Origin: Casimicrobiaceae bacterium
GTDB taxonomy: Bacteria > Pseudomonadota > Gammaproteobacteria > Burkholderiales > Casimicrobiaceae
NCBI GenBank assembly: GCA_035515295.1
Contig: DATJBM010000034.1
Coordinates: 5,346 to 69,345, forward strand
Direction: 5' to 3'
DNA: 64,000 nt
Part shown: in pieces, positions 47,167 through 55,579 of the stretch
Numbering within the stretch: the first letter of the stretch is position 1
How the letters are laid out: each line of letters begins with the position of its first letter
Notes under the pieces: generated by a model
The model's input: the letters and a program-made list of their open reading frames with translations, nothing else
The model's database searches: none
Told to the model about the DNA's origin: nothing
Made by a program: the position numbers and the translations under genes

Positions 47167-48125
47167 AATGCGTACGCTTCTGGGGAACGCGCGGTTCGCT
47201 CCCGGTCGCCCTGACCGCCGCAGGCGTGCGGCGCAAGATCATCGCCGCGCTGCGCGGCGCGGCCGGCCGCAACTTCGCCTCGGACGAAGCGCTGGAGGCC
47301 TACGTCGACAGCCTGGGCATGCCGGTGTCGGGGACTTACGGCGGGCACAGTCCGTGCGTCGAGATCGAGACGGGACACGGTGAATACGTGCTCTGCGACC
47401 TGGGCTCCGGCGTGCGTCCCTTCGGGCAGAAGGCGATCGCGCGGCACGGACCCGGCTCGCCGCAGACTTACCACATATTCCTCTCGCATCTGCACTGGGA
47501 CCACATCATGGGCTTCCCGCTGTTCACGCCGGCCTACATACCGGGCAACCGCATCCGCATCTACGGCGGGCACGCGGTCCTCGAGGAGGCGCTGCGCCGG
47601 CAGCACGCGGCCCCGTCGTTCCCGGTCGATTTCTCCGCGCTTCCCGCGACGATCGAGTTCGTCCGCCTCGATCCCGGGCGCGCGCACGACCTCGCCGGGT
47701 TGCGGGTCGAGCTGATGCTGCAGCGGCACAGCGGCGACTCCTACGGCTACCGCTTCTCGTCGGACGGCAAGGCGGTGATCTATTCGACCGATTCCGAGCA
47801 TGCGCTCGACGATCCGGACGACACGAATCGTTTCGTGGCGTTCTTTCGCGGCGCCGACCTGGTGATCTTCGACGCGATGTATTCGCTCGCCGACGCAATA
47901 TCGGTCAAGCAGGACTGGGGGCATTCGAGCAACATCGTCGGCGTGGAGCTTTGCCAGATGGCCGGCGCGCGCCGGCTGTGCCTGTTCCACCACGAGCCCG
48001 TGCACGGCGACGAGGCGATCGAGCGCGTGCTCGCCGAGACGCGGCGCTTCGAGGAGATCACCCGCAGCGATCGGCCGGCTCTCGCCGTGACGGCCGCGTA
48101 CGACGGGATGGAAATTCCCTTGTGA
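47163..48125 (+). CDS. MBL-fold metallo-hydrolase
   Basis: VRFWGTRGSLPV N-terminus, HIFLSHLHWDHIMGFP (HxHxDH), a later DSEH and LFHHEP. The ATG overlaps the STAS stop (ATGA). Confidence 0.8.
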   Translation: MKCVRFWGTRGSLPVALTAAGVRRKIIAALRGAAGRNFASDEALEAYVDSLGMPVSGTYGGHSPCVEIETGHGEYVLCDLGSGVRPFGQKAIARHGPGSPQTYHIFLSHLHWDHIMGFPLFTPAYIPGNRIRIYGGHAVLEEALRRQHAAPSFPVDFSALPATIEFVRLDPGRAHDLAGLRVELMLQRHSGDSYGYRFSSDGKAVIYSTDSEHALDDPDDTNRFVAFFRGADLVIFDAMYSLADAISVKQDWGHSSNIVGVELCQMAGARRLCLFHHEPVHGDEAIERVLAETRRFEEITRSDRPALAVTAAYDGMEIPL

Positions 48126-50278
48126 CGAGAACCGCCGCCGAGAACCCCGCCCGTCCCTCGTACGGCCGGATCTCCGCAGCGGGCATCGCGCTCCTGGCGC
48201 TCCTCGCCGCGCTCATCGGCGCGGAGCCGGCGTGGCATCGGCGCCTTCAGTCGGTGTGGTTCGACGCCTATCAGATGTTCATGCCGCGCGAGATCGTTTC
48301 CACGCCGGTCACGGTGGTCGAGATCGACGAGAAGAGCGTGGCCAAGCTCGGACAATGGCCATGGCCGCGCACGACGCTTGCCGAACTCGTGCGCGCGATC
48401 GAGCGCCTGGCCCCGGCCGCCATCGGCATCGACATTCTGATGCCCGAGCCCGACCGGCTTTCGCCGGAGCGATTGCTCGCAAGGGCGCGGCAGCGCGACC
48501 CCCTGCTCGACGAGCGGCTGCGGTGGCTGCCCTCGAGCGACATCGAGCTCGCGCGTGCCGTCGCCGCGGGACCCGTGGTGGTCGGCTTTGCCGGCATCGC
48601 CGAATCCAGCGCCTCGGTCCCGCCTGTCCCCCCGTTCGTCGTCGTCGATCGGGGGTCGCCGCCCCGCGCGCCGATGGTCGCGCCCAACGTGCCGACCTTT
48701 GCGGGCGCGTTGGGCAACGTCGCCGAGATCGATTACGCTGCCGCTGGGCACGGCGCGATCTCGGCCGCGCCCTCCGACGACGTGATTCGCAAGCTTCCCC
48801 TCGCGGTGCGCATCGACGAACGTCTCGCGCCATCACTGCCGATCGAGATGCTGCGTGTCGCGCTGCACGCTCCCGAGGTTCGCCTCTTCACCCATGGCGG
48901 ATCGGTCCGGGCGATTGGCGTGGGCGACTTCGTCGCGCCGACGGAAAGCGACGGGGGACTCCGCATCTACTACTCGAGACGCGATCCGCGGCGCTACGTC
49001 TCGGCGATCGACGTCCTGGACGGACGAATCGAGCCCGAGCGATTGCAGCGCAAGCTCGTTCTCATAGGCACGAGCGGTTTCGCGATGGTGGACTATCAGG
49101 GCACGTCGCTCGGAGATCGCATGCCGGGCAGCGAAATCCTCGCTCAGGCCCTCGAGAACCTCTACGACCAGACGTGGCTCGCGCGTCCCACGTGGGCAGC
49201 GCCGGCCGAGCTGGCGCTCTTGCTGCTGCTTGGCCTGGCGCTCATCTGGGCGACACCGCGCTCGAGGCCTCCGGCCGCGGCGCTGCTCGCCGTGCTCGCG
49301 GTTGTCCTGCCGATCGCCCTGGGCGCAGGCGCGTTCGTCTGGCGAAGGCTCGTGTTCGATGCCGCCACGCCGGCGCTCGGATTGGTCGTGCTGTTCAGCG
49401 TGCTGCTGCTCCTCACGCTCGCCGAAGCCGGCCGACAACGAAGGCAGCTCGAACGCGTGATTCGGACACAGCGCGAAGCGGCCGCGTACATCGCCGGCGA
49501 GGTGCGGGCCGCCAAGCGCATTCAGACGGGTCTGCTGCCGCGCGGCGACGCGCTCGCCGCCGAGCGGCGGGTCGAGATAGCCGCGGCGATGACCCCGGCC
49601 CGCGACGTCGGCGGCGACCTGTACGACTTCTTCACGCTCGATGACGGCCGCCTGTTCTTCACGATCGGCGACGTGGCCGGCAAAGGCCTCTCGGCGAGCA
49701 TGTTCATGGCGATCAGTAAGGCGCTCTACAAGAGCACCGTCCTGCGGGACCCGGACGCCGACGTGGGTGAGCTTATGCGGCGCGCGAACGCGGACATCTC
49801 GCGCGACAACCCTGAGATGTTCTTCGTCACCGCGTTCGCCGGAGTGCTCGACCTCGACTCGGGCCGGCTCGAGTACTGCAACGCCGGCCACGACAGCCCC
49901 TACGTGCTGCGCCCGGAAGGGGCAGATCTGGCGCGGCTTGGCGAAGCGGCGGGCCCGCCGCTGTGCGCCGTCGACGGTTTTAACTACCGCGCGGCTGAGC
50001 GGCGGATAGATCCCGGCCAGCTGGTGTGCCTCGTCACCGATGGCGTCGGCGACGCGCGCAATGCCCAAGGCGAGCGCTATGGAGGCGCACGCCTGCAGGC
50101 GCTGCTCGCGGGTCTGCCCGCGAAGGAGCGGACGGCGCGCGCGGTGGTCGGCGCGGTGTCCGCCGACGTGCAACGTTTTGCCGACGGCGCCGAGGCGGCC
50201 GACGACATCACGCTGCTGGTTGTGCGCTGGATCGGTCCCCAGGCGCGAGACCGACCCGAGGCTCAACCGCGGCCGTAG
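48122..50278 (+). CDS. CHASE2-sensor membrane protein with C-terminal PP2C/SpoIIE phosphatase (RsbU-like)
   Basis: GTG 48122 overlaps the MBL stop (GTGA). N-terminal TM, CHASE2 signature VTVVEIDEKSVAKLGQWPWPRTTLAELV...IGIDILMPEPD, three TM segments, then ARDVGGDLYDFF...FTIGDVAGKGLSASMFMA...LVTDGV. Confidence 0.82.
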   Translation: MTRTAAENPARPSYGRISAAGIALLALLAALIGAEPAWHRRLQSVWFDAYQMFMPREIVSTPVTVVEIDEKSVAKLGQWPWPRTTLAELVRAIERLAPAAIGIDILMPEPDRLSPERLLARARQRDPLLDERLRWLPSSDIELARAVAAGPVVVGFAGIAESSASVPPVPPFVVVDRGSPPRAPMVAPNVPTFAGALGNVAEIDYAAAGHGAISAAPSDDVIRKLPLAVRIDERLAPSLPIEMLRVALHAPEVRLFTHGGSVRAIGVGDFVAPTESDGGLRIYYSRRDPRRYVSAIDVLDGRIEPERLQRKLVLIGTSGFAMVDYQGTSLGDRMPGSEILAQALENLYDQTWLARPTWAAPAELALLLLLGLALIWATPRSRPPAAALLAVLAVVLPIALGAGAFVWRRLVFDAATPALGLVVLFSVLLLLTLAEAGRQRRQLERVIRTQREAAAYIAGEVRAAKRIQTGLLPRGDALAAERRVEIAAAMTPARDVGGDLYDFFTLDDGRLFFTIGDVAGKGLSASMFMAISKALYKSTVLRDPDADVGELMRRANADISRDNPEMFFVTAFAGVLDLDSGRLEYCNAGHDSPYVLRPEGADLARLGEAAGPPLCAVDGFNYRAAERRIDPGQLVCLVTDGVGDARNAQGERYGGARLQALLAGLPAKERTARAVVGAVSADVQRFADGAEAADDITLLVVRWIGPQARDRPEAQPRP

Positions 50279-50339
50279 GCAACGCCCCGCTTGGCGCCGA
50301 GCGACGCGAGCGAAGTTTTCGTCGGAGCGGCGGCTGCGC

Positions 50340-50936
50340 TCAGCGGACGAGAATCTCCACCCGCCTGTTGCGCGGCTCGGCCACGCCGTCCGGTGTGGGG
50401 ATCGCTGGCTCGCGCTTGCCGCGCGAGATGGCGCGAACGTCGTTCGCCGGGATCCCCAGCTTGATCAGCGCCGCCCGCACGGTCTCGGCCCGCTGCAACG
50501 CCAGCGCGTCATTGAAGGCGTCGTTGCCGACCGCATCGGTGTGACCGACGACCAGCACGTCGGGCACGGGACGCTTCGCGATCTCCGTCAGGATGCGATC
50601 GACGATCTGTCTGGATTCGTCGGTGAACTCATCCCTGCCTTCGACGAAGTACAGCGTGAAGCTCGCAGCGCGGCTGGGCTGGGCAGCCAGCGCCGGTCCG
50701 AACCGCGCCTGCACTTCCTCGGGGCTCGAGCGATAGGCGCGCGGACCGATCGCCGTGGCATGCGCCGCGGCGTACGGCTCGCTGAGCACGACTTCCTTGT
50801 CGCCCTGCTTCACCGCGACCGCGGCCGGCCGTCCATCCTGCTCCGGCAGAAGAACCACCGTCCCCCGGCTCGCGCAGCCGGCGACGAGCGCGCACGCGAC
50901 CAGTATCGCGCAACAACGGGCGATCGGTTCACTCAT
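50340..50936 (-). CDS. OmpA-family lipoprotein
   Basis: Lipobox ILVACALVAGC. C-terminal OmpA-like domain VVGHTDAVGNDAFNDALALQRAETVRAAL...NRRVEILV. Confidence 0.85.
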   Translation of the reverse strand: MSEPIARCCAILVACALVAGCASRGTVVLLPEQDGRPAAVAVKQGDKEVVLSEPYAAAHATAIGPRAYRSSPEEVQARFGPALAAQPSRAASFTLYFVEGRDEFTDESRQIVDRILTEIAKRPVPDVLVVGHTDAVGNDAFNDALALQRAETVRAALIKLGIPANDVRAISRGKREPAIPTPDGVAEPRNRRVEILVR

Positions 50937-51381
50937 CGACGCTCACCGCGAATTCCGTGCCGCGCACGCCGAGGATCGCGTTCGGCGTGCGCACCGTCAT
51001 CGCGTCGGGAGCCTGCTTGGCGATACGGCCCGATATCACGGCCAGCGTGCCGCGATTGAGCGAGGCGTCGAAGCGCCCGGCGCGCGTCGTCGGATCGAAC
51101 GCATAGCGATCGAGAGCCAGCACGCTGTTGGGACCTGCCGACAACAGGGTGTCGTCGTCCATGGTGATCCCCACCGAGCCGTCGGCGCCGGTCTTCACGA
51201 CGTCTGCCGCCTGCAGTCGCGTGCCGATCGCCGCCGGAAGCGCTTGGCCCGAGCGCTCGATCGTCACTTGTCCGCGCGAGACCTTGACCTGACCGATGTC
51301 GGCCGCCCGAGCGCAGGCCCCGAAGCACAAGGCGGTCAACAGCAGAAATGGGCACACAGCGGAACTCGATCGCTTCGGCAT
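50929..51381 (-). CDS. Exported FecR-domain protein
   Basis: Start trimmed to ATG 51381 behind GGGAGGAGAAG. Signal peptide, then VSRGQVTIERSG...GTRLQAADVVKTGADGSVGITMDDDTLLSAGPNSVLAL...VRTPNAILGVRGTEF (FecR-like beta-rich domain). 8-nt overlap with the OmpA-like gene. Confidence 0.75.
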   Translation of the reverse strand: MPKRSSSAVCPFLLLTALCFGACARAADIGQVKVSRGQVTIERSGQALPAAIGTRLQAADVVKTGADGSVGITMDDDTLLSAGPNSVLALDRYAFDPTTRAGRFDASLNRGTLAVISGRIAKQAPDAMTVRTPNAILGVRGTEFAVSVDE

Positions 51382-51503
51382 CTTCTCCTCCCGCGGGATC
51401 CGAGAGAAGCCGGGCCAAGTAAAATGCGCCCGTGCGCGCTCGCGGCGCTCCATGATGCCGCGTGGCGCACGCTGCGTCCAGACGATCCTCCTGCCCGGAA
51501 ACG

Positions 51504-51974
51504 ATGTCGAGCCTGCAGCAAGCCGTCTTTCCCGCGCGCTTTGCCGCCTTGCGCGACACGGCGGCGTTCGTGCAACGCTTCTGCGAGGGCAACGGGATCG
51601 GCCGCGAAGATGGGCTGCGGCTGACGCTGCTCGTCGAGGAGCTTTTCACCAATACGGTGCAGCACGGCCACGGCAGCGAGAGCAACGCGCCGATCAGGGT
51701 GGCGCTCGAACTTTGCGACGAAGGCGTGCGCATGCTCTACGAAGACACGGCGCCTCGCTACGATCCCACGCAGACCTGGAGCGAGGGCGAAGCGGCGCTG
51801 GACGCCCCGCCGGAAGCCAGGCCCGTGGGCGGGCTGGGGCTCGCTCTGCTCCGCGGGCTGGCTGCGGAGGCGCGTTACGCCTACGAGCAGAGCATGAATC
51901 GGCTGTGGCTCACCCTGCCGTGCCGACAGACTGTTCGCGACCATCCCCCGCAGCCCGGGTCGCCCCGCGAGTAG
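51504..51974 (+). CDS. Anti-sigma-type serine protein kinase (RsbW/SpoIIAB-like HATPase)
   Basis: LTLLVEELFTNTVQHG (N-box), VGGLGLALLRGLA (G-box), about 156 aa. Start trimmed to ATG 51504. Confidence 0.72.
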   Translation: MSSLQQAVFPARFAALRDTAAFVQRFCEGNGIGREDGLRLTLLVEELFTNTVQHGHGSESNAPIRVALELCDEGVRMLYEDTAPRYDPTQTWSEGEAALDAPPEARPVGGLGLALLRGLAAEARYAYEQSMNRLWLTLPCRQTVRDHPPQPGSPRE

Positions 51975-52008
51975 CCCGGACCCTCCGCTCCAGCCGGCGC
52001 GGCTCCTT

Positions 52009-52926
52009 CTAGATCCGAGCGGCGTCGATTGTCCACTCGGCGTGCGCGAAGCGCTCGCTCAGGAATTCCGCGAACGCGCGCACTTTGGCCGACAGATGGC
52101 GCCGGCTCGGATAGACCACATAGATGCTCGAAGGCTCCGGCGAGAAGCCGCGAAGGATGTGCACCAGGCGCCCTGCTCGCACCTCCGGCCCGACGATGAA
52201 GTCCGGCTCGTAGGCGATACCCACCCCGCTCGCCGCGAGCGCCGCGAGAAAGCGGCCGCTGTTGGCGTGGATCGGCCCGCCGATCTTCACCGAACGTTCG
52301 CGGCCCTGCCGATCGCGAAACGGCCAGGTGTTCCGGTCCGCCGCATACTCGTAGCTCAGGCACACGTGCCGCTCCAGATCTTCGGGCCGCCTCGGCTCCC
52401 CGTGGCGCTCGAGATACGACGGCGCAGCGCAGCACACGGGGTGCGTCGAGCCGACCTTTCGCCCGATCAGATTCTGGCTGCCGATGGCTCCGATGCGCAC
52501 CGCCGCGTCGAAACCTTCGTCGACGAGGTCGACCGCGCGGTCCGATAGCTCGACGTCGAACCTGAGATCCGGGTGGCGTCCGGCAAGCTCGGCGATCGCC
52601 GGCGCGAGATGGCGCTCGCCGAAAGTCACCGCGCAGGTGAGGCGCAGCGTCCCGCGCGGACGTGCCGTGCCGGCGTGCGCCGATTGCTCGGCTTCTTCGA
52701 GATCGGTGAGGAGTTGGACGCAGCGCTCGTAGAAAAGGCGTCCCGATTCGGTGAGGCTCAGGCGTCGAGTCGTGCGGTTCAAGAGCCGCGCATCGAGGTG
52801 CGCCTCGAGCTCGGCGACTTGCCTCGAGACGGCGGAAACCGAAATGTCGAGCCGCTCCGCGGCGCGGGCGAAGCTGCCGGTCTCCACGACCTTGGCGAAC
52901 GCGGCAATGGCCTGGAAGCGGTCCAT
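52009..52926 (-). CDS. LysR-family transcriptional regulator
   Basis: MDRFQAIAAFAKVVETGSFARAAERLDISVSAVSRQVAELE (wHTH) plus a LysR substrate-binding domain. Confidence 0.9.
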   Translation of the reverse strand: MDRFQAIAAFAKVVETGSFARAAERLDISVSAVSRQVAELEAHLDARLLNRTTRRLSLTESGRLFYERCVQLLTDLEEAEQSAHAGTARPRGTLRLTCAVTFGERHLAPAIAELAGRHPDLRFDVELSDRAVDLVDEGFDAAVRIGAIGSQNLIGRKVGSTHPVCCAAPSYLERHGEPRRPEDLERHVCLSYEYAADRNTWPFRDRQGRERSVKIGGPIHANSGRFLAALAASGVGIAYEPDFIVGPEVRAGRLVHILRGFSPEPSSIYVVYPSRRHLSAKVRAFAEFLSERFAHAEWTIDAARI

Positions 52927-52937
52927 TATTGAGATTG

Positions 52938-52952
52938 TTGCGTATTTCGCAA
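52938..52952. promoter_or_regulatory. LysR-type T-N11-A operator in the divergent LysR/GST promoter region
   Basis: TTGCG-TATTT-CGCAA inverted repeat inside an AT-rich island (52927-52975), 12 nt from the LysR start codon. Confidence 0.5.
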
Positions 52953-53106
52953 TAATATATTAATAGGTCAGCCGTTTATTCTGGGCTGGACAAGCCTCAT
53001 AGTTCACTCGTCGCGGGCTTTGCCGCATTCACGGAGGCGCCCCGATCGCGGCTCGCCCGCGCACCGCCTGAGCGCATCCCTTAAACCCGAACCCAGAGGA
53101 CACATC

Positions 53107-53736
53107 ATGAAGCTCTACTATTCCCCCGGCGCGTGCTCGCTCTCCCCGCACATCGCCCTGCGCGAAGCCGGGATCGACGCCGAGCTGGTCAAGGTCGATA
53201 CCCAGACCCACACGCTCGCGGACGGCAGCGACTATTACGCGGTCAACGGCAAGGGCTACGTGCCGACGCTGGAGCTCGACGACGGTGATAGGCTCACCGA
53301 GGGTCCGGCCATCGTGCAGTACATCGCCGACCGCAATCCGGGCGCGAGCCTCGCGCCGCCGGTGGGGACGCTCGAGCGCTATCGACTGCAGGAGTGGCTC
53401 AACTTCGTCACCTCGGAGCTGCACAAGCAGTTTTCACCGCTGTTCGCGGCCGATACGCCGGCAGACTACCGCGCGATCGCGAGGCAGCGTATCGTGAAGC
53501 GCTTCGACTGGCTTGCCGCGGAGCTGGCGGACCGGGACTATCTGCTCGGCAATCGATTCACCGTGGCCGACGGATATCTTTTCACCATCCTCAACTGGAC
53601 CAAGTTCGTGGGCATCGATCTCGCGCGATGGCCTGTGCTGGCGGCCTACCAGTCCCGCGTCGCGGCGCGGCCCAAGGTACGGGAGGCGATGATCGCCGAA
53701 GGCCTCCTGAAGCCCGCCGAGAAGCGTGCCGCGTGA
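53107..53736 (+). CDS. Glutathione S-transferase (GstA/beta-class-like)
   Basis: MKLYYSPGACSLSPHIALREAG...GYVPTLELDDG...EGPAIVQYIAD. Start trimmed to ATG 53107. Confidence 0.88.
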   Translation: MKLYYSPGACSLSPHIALREAGIDAELVKVDTQTHTLADGSDYYAVNGKGYVPTLELDDGDRLTEGPAIVQYIADRNPGASLAPPVGTLERYRLQEWLNFVTSELHKQFSPLFAADTPADYRAIARQRIVKRFDWLAAELADRDYLLGNRFTVADGYLFTILNWTKFVGIDLARWPVLAAYQSRVAARPKVREAMIAEGLLKPAEKRAA

Positions 53737-53748
53737 GCGGATAAATCC

Positions 53749-54552
53749 ATGGCTCACCTGCCGACGCTTTTTCTCTCGCACGGATCGCCCATGCACGCGA
53801 TCGAGCCCGGTGCGGCAGGTCGAGCCTGGACAAACCTCGGCCGCACGCTGCCAAGGCCGCGGGCGATCCTGATCGCGTCCGCGCACTGGGAAACGGCGTT
53901 GCCGATGCTGACCGGCAATCTGAAGCCGGCCACCATCCACGATTTCGGGGGGTTCCCCGAAGAGCTGTACCGCCTGCAGTATCCGGCGCCCGGTGCGCCG
54001 CAGCTTGCCGCGAAGGCCGTGGCTTGGCTCAAGGACGCCGAGATCACCGCCGGCGTCGACGGCTGCCGCGGTCTCGATCACGGGGCGTGGGTGCCGCTGC
54101 GCTTCATGTACCCGGACGCCGATGTGCCCGTCGTGCAGCTTTCGCTCCAGACGGTGCTCGGTGCCGCGCATCACCTGCGGCTCGGCCGGGCGCTCGCGCC
54201 GTTGGCCGACGAGGGCGTGCTCATCATCGGCTCCGGCCACACCACCCACAACCTGCGCGACTGGATGGCGAATCGCCGGCGGCAGGAGCCGCTGCGCTAC
54301 GCGCAGGCGTTCGCCGGGTGGGTGCACGATCGTCTCGCAGCTCACGATACCGACGCGCTCCTCGACTACCGGGACCGGGCGCCGGAGGCGGTGCGTGCGC
54401 ACCCGACGGACGAGCATTTCCTGCCGCTGTTCGTGGCGCTCGGAGCCGCCGGCGAGCATCCAGCGGCCGAGCGCGTGATCGAAGGTTACGAAAGCGGCGC
54501 GCTGTCGCTCGATTCCTACGTCTTCCGGCCTTCCGCTTCGGCGAGGCACTGA
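53749..54552 (+). CDS. ygiD: Class III extradiol ring-cleavage dioxygenase (YgiD / 4,5-DOPA dioxygenase-like)
   Basis: LFLSHGSPM, ILIASAHWE, GLDHGAWVPL, IIGSGHTTHNL, HPTDEHFLPLFVALGA. Confidence 0.82.
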   Translation: MAHLPTLFLSHGSPMHAIEPGAAGRAWTNLGRTLPRPRAILIASAHWETALPMLTGNLKPATIHDFGGFPEELYRLQYPAPGAPQLAAKAVAWLKDAEITAGVDGCRGLDHGAWVPLRFMYPDADVPVVQLSLQTVLGAAHHLRLGRALAPLADEGVLIIGSGHTTHNLRDWMANRRRQEPLRYAQAFAGWVHDRLAAHDTDALLDYRDRAPEAVRAHPTDEHFLPLFVALGAAGEHPAAERVIEGYESGALSLDSYVFRPSASARH

Positions 54553-54642
54553 GACCGCAGCGCCGGCGTCGGCTGGCCCGGCGCCCGCCCCGCTCGGAGC
54601 GGCAGCAGGCAGGCGGGCTTTCATGCCGCCACAATGCGCTCC

Positions 54643-54656
54643 TTGACCTAGATCAT
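54643..54656. promoter_or_regulatory. FNR/CRP-family box (distal) upstream of frdC
   Basis: TTGAC-CTAG-ATCAT versus the consensus TTGAT-N4-ATCAA (8/10), about 160 nt upstream of the frdC ATG. Confidence 0.4.
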
Positions 54657-54713
54657 CGCCCGCTTCGGAAGCGCGGGTCCCGGCCGGATGGCCGGCCCAA
54701 GGTCCCCGGCACC

Positions 54714-54727
54714 TTGATCCAGCGCAA
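54714..54727. promoter_or_regulatory. FNR/CRP-family box (proximal) upstream of frdC
   Basis: TTGAT-CCAG-CGCAA (8/10), centred about 88 nt upstream of the frdC ATG. Confidence 0.35.
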
Positions 54728-54808
54728 TATCGCCCAGCCGGAAAACGCCAACGATGTGAGCCACTTGAGGCCGCCTTTTTCACGGGCGGCGACCCGGGAG
54801 CGGGCTCC

Positions 54809-55579
54809 ATGGCTAACGTATTCATTTCCGGCGTCGGCCTCGCCGATGCACGCGCGAAGAGCTTGTGGCCGGCGCGGCTCGATTGGACGCAGAGCGCGTC
54901 GGGGCTGCTCGTCGCGCTGTTCATGTGGGCGCACATGTTCTTCGTCTCGTCGATTCTCGTGAGCGAGCAGGCGATGTGGACGATCACGAAGATGTTCGAG
55001 GGTTACTTCGTCTTCGGCAAGTCCTATCCGGGCATCGTGTCGGGTGTCGTCGCCTCGGTGACCGCTCTCATCGTGCTGCACGCCGCGCTGGCCGTGCGCA
55101 AGTTCCCGATCAACTGGCGCCAGTTCCGCGCCTTCCGGAGCCACATGAAGATGATGCGCCACGAAGACACGACGCTGTGGTTCTGGCAGGTCTTCACCGG
55201 CTTCGCGCTGTTCTTCCTGGCCACCATCCACCTGTACGTGATGCTGACGCGGCCGCACTTGATCGGCCCGTACGAGTCGTCGGACCGCGTGTGGAGCGAT
55301 CGCTACTGGCCGCTCTACATCCTTCTGCTGCTCGCGGTGGAGCTCCACGGCGGCATCGGCCTGTACCGTCTGGCGGTGAAGTGGGGCTGGTTCGCGGCAA
55401 GCGATCCCAACGCGACCCGCAGGCGGCTCAAGCAGCTGAAGTGGGCGCTGACGGGATTCTTCCTGGTGCTCGGGTTCGCCACGCTCGCCGCGTACATCAA
55501 GATTGGCATCGAGCACGCCCCGCACTACGGACAGCCTTACGCGCCGGCGGCAGCCGTCGCGCCGGGAGGCGGCCAATGA
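54809..55579 (+). CDS. frdC: Fumarate reductase / succinate:quinone oxidoreductase dihaem cytochrome b subunit (Wolinella FrdC type)
   Basis: 256 aa, five hydrophobic helices with conserved His ([29 protein letters not shown]). Precedes the flavoprotein gene with an ATGA overlap. Confidence 0.8.
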   Translation: MANVFISGVGLADARAKSLWPARLDWTQSASGLLVALFMWAHMFFVSSILVSEQAMWTITKMFEGYFVFGKSYPGIVSGVVASVTALIVLHAALAVRKFPINWRQFRAFRSHMKMMRHEDTTLWFWQVFTGFALFFLATIHLYVMLTRPHLIGPYESSDRVWSDRYWPLYILLLLAVELHGGIGLYRLAVKWGWFAASDPNATRRRLKQLKWALTGFFLVLGFATLAAYIKIGIEHAPHYGQPYAPAAAVAPGGGQ

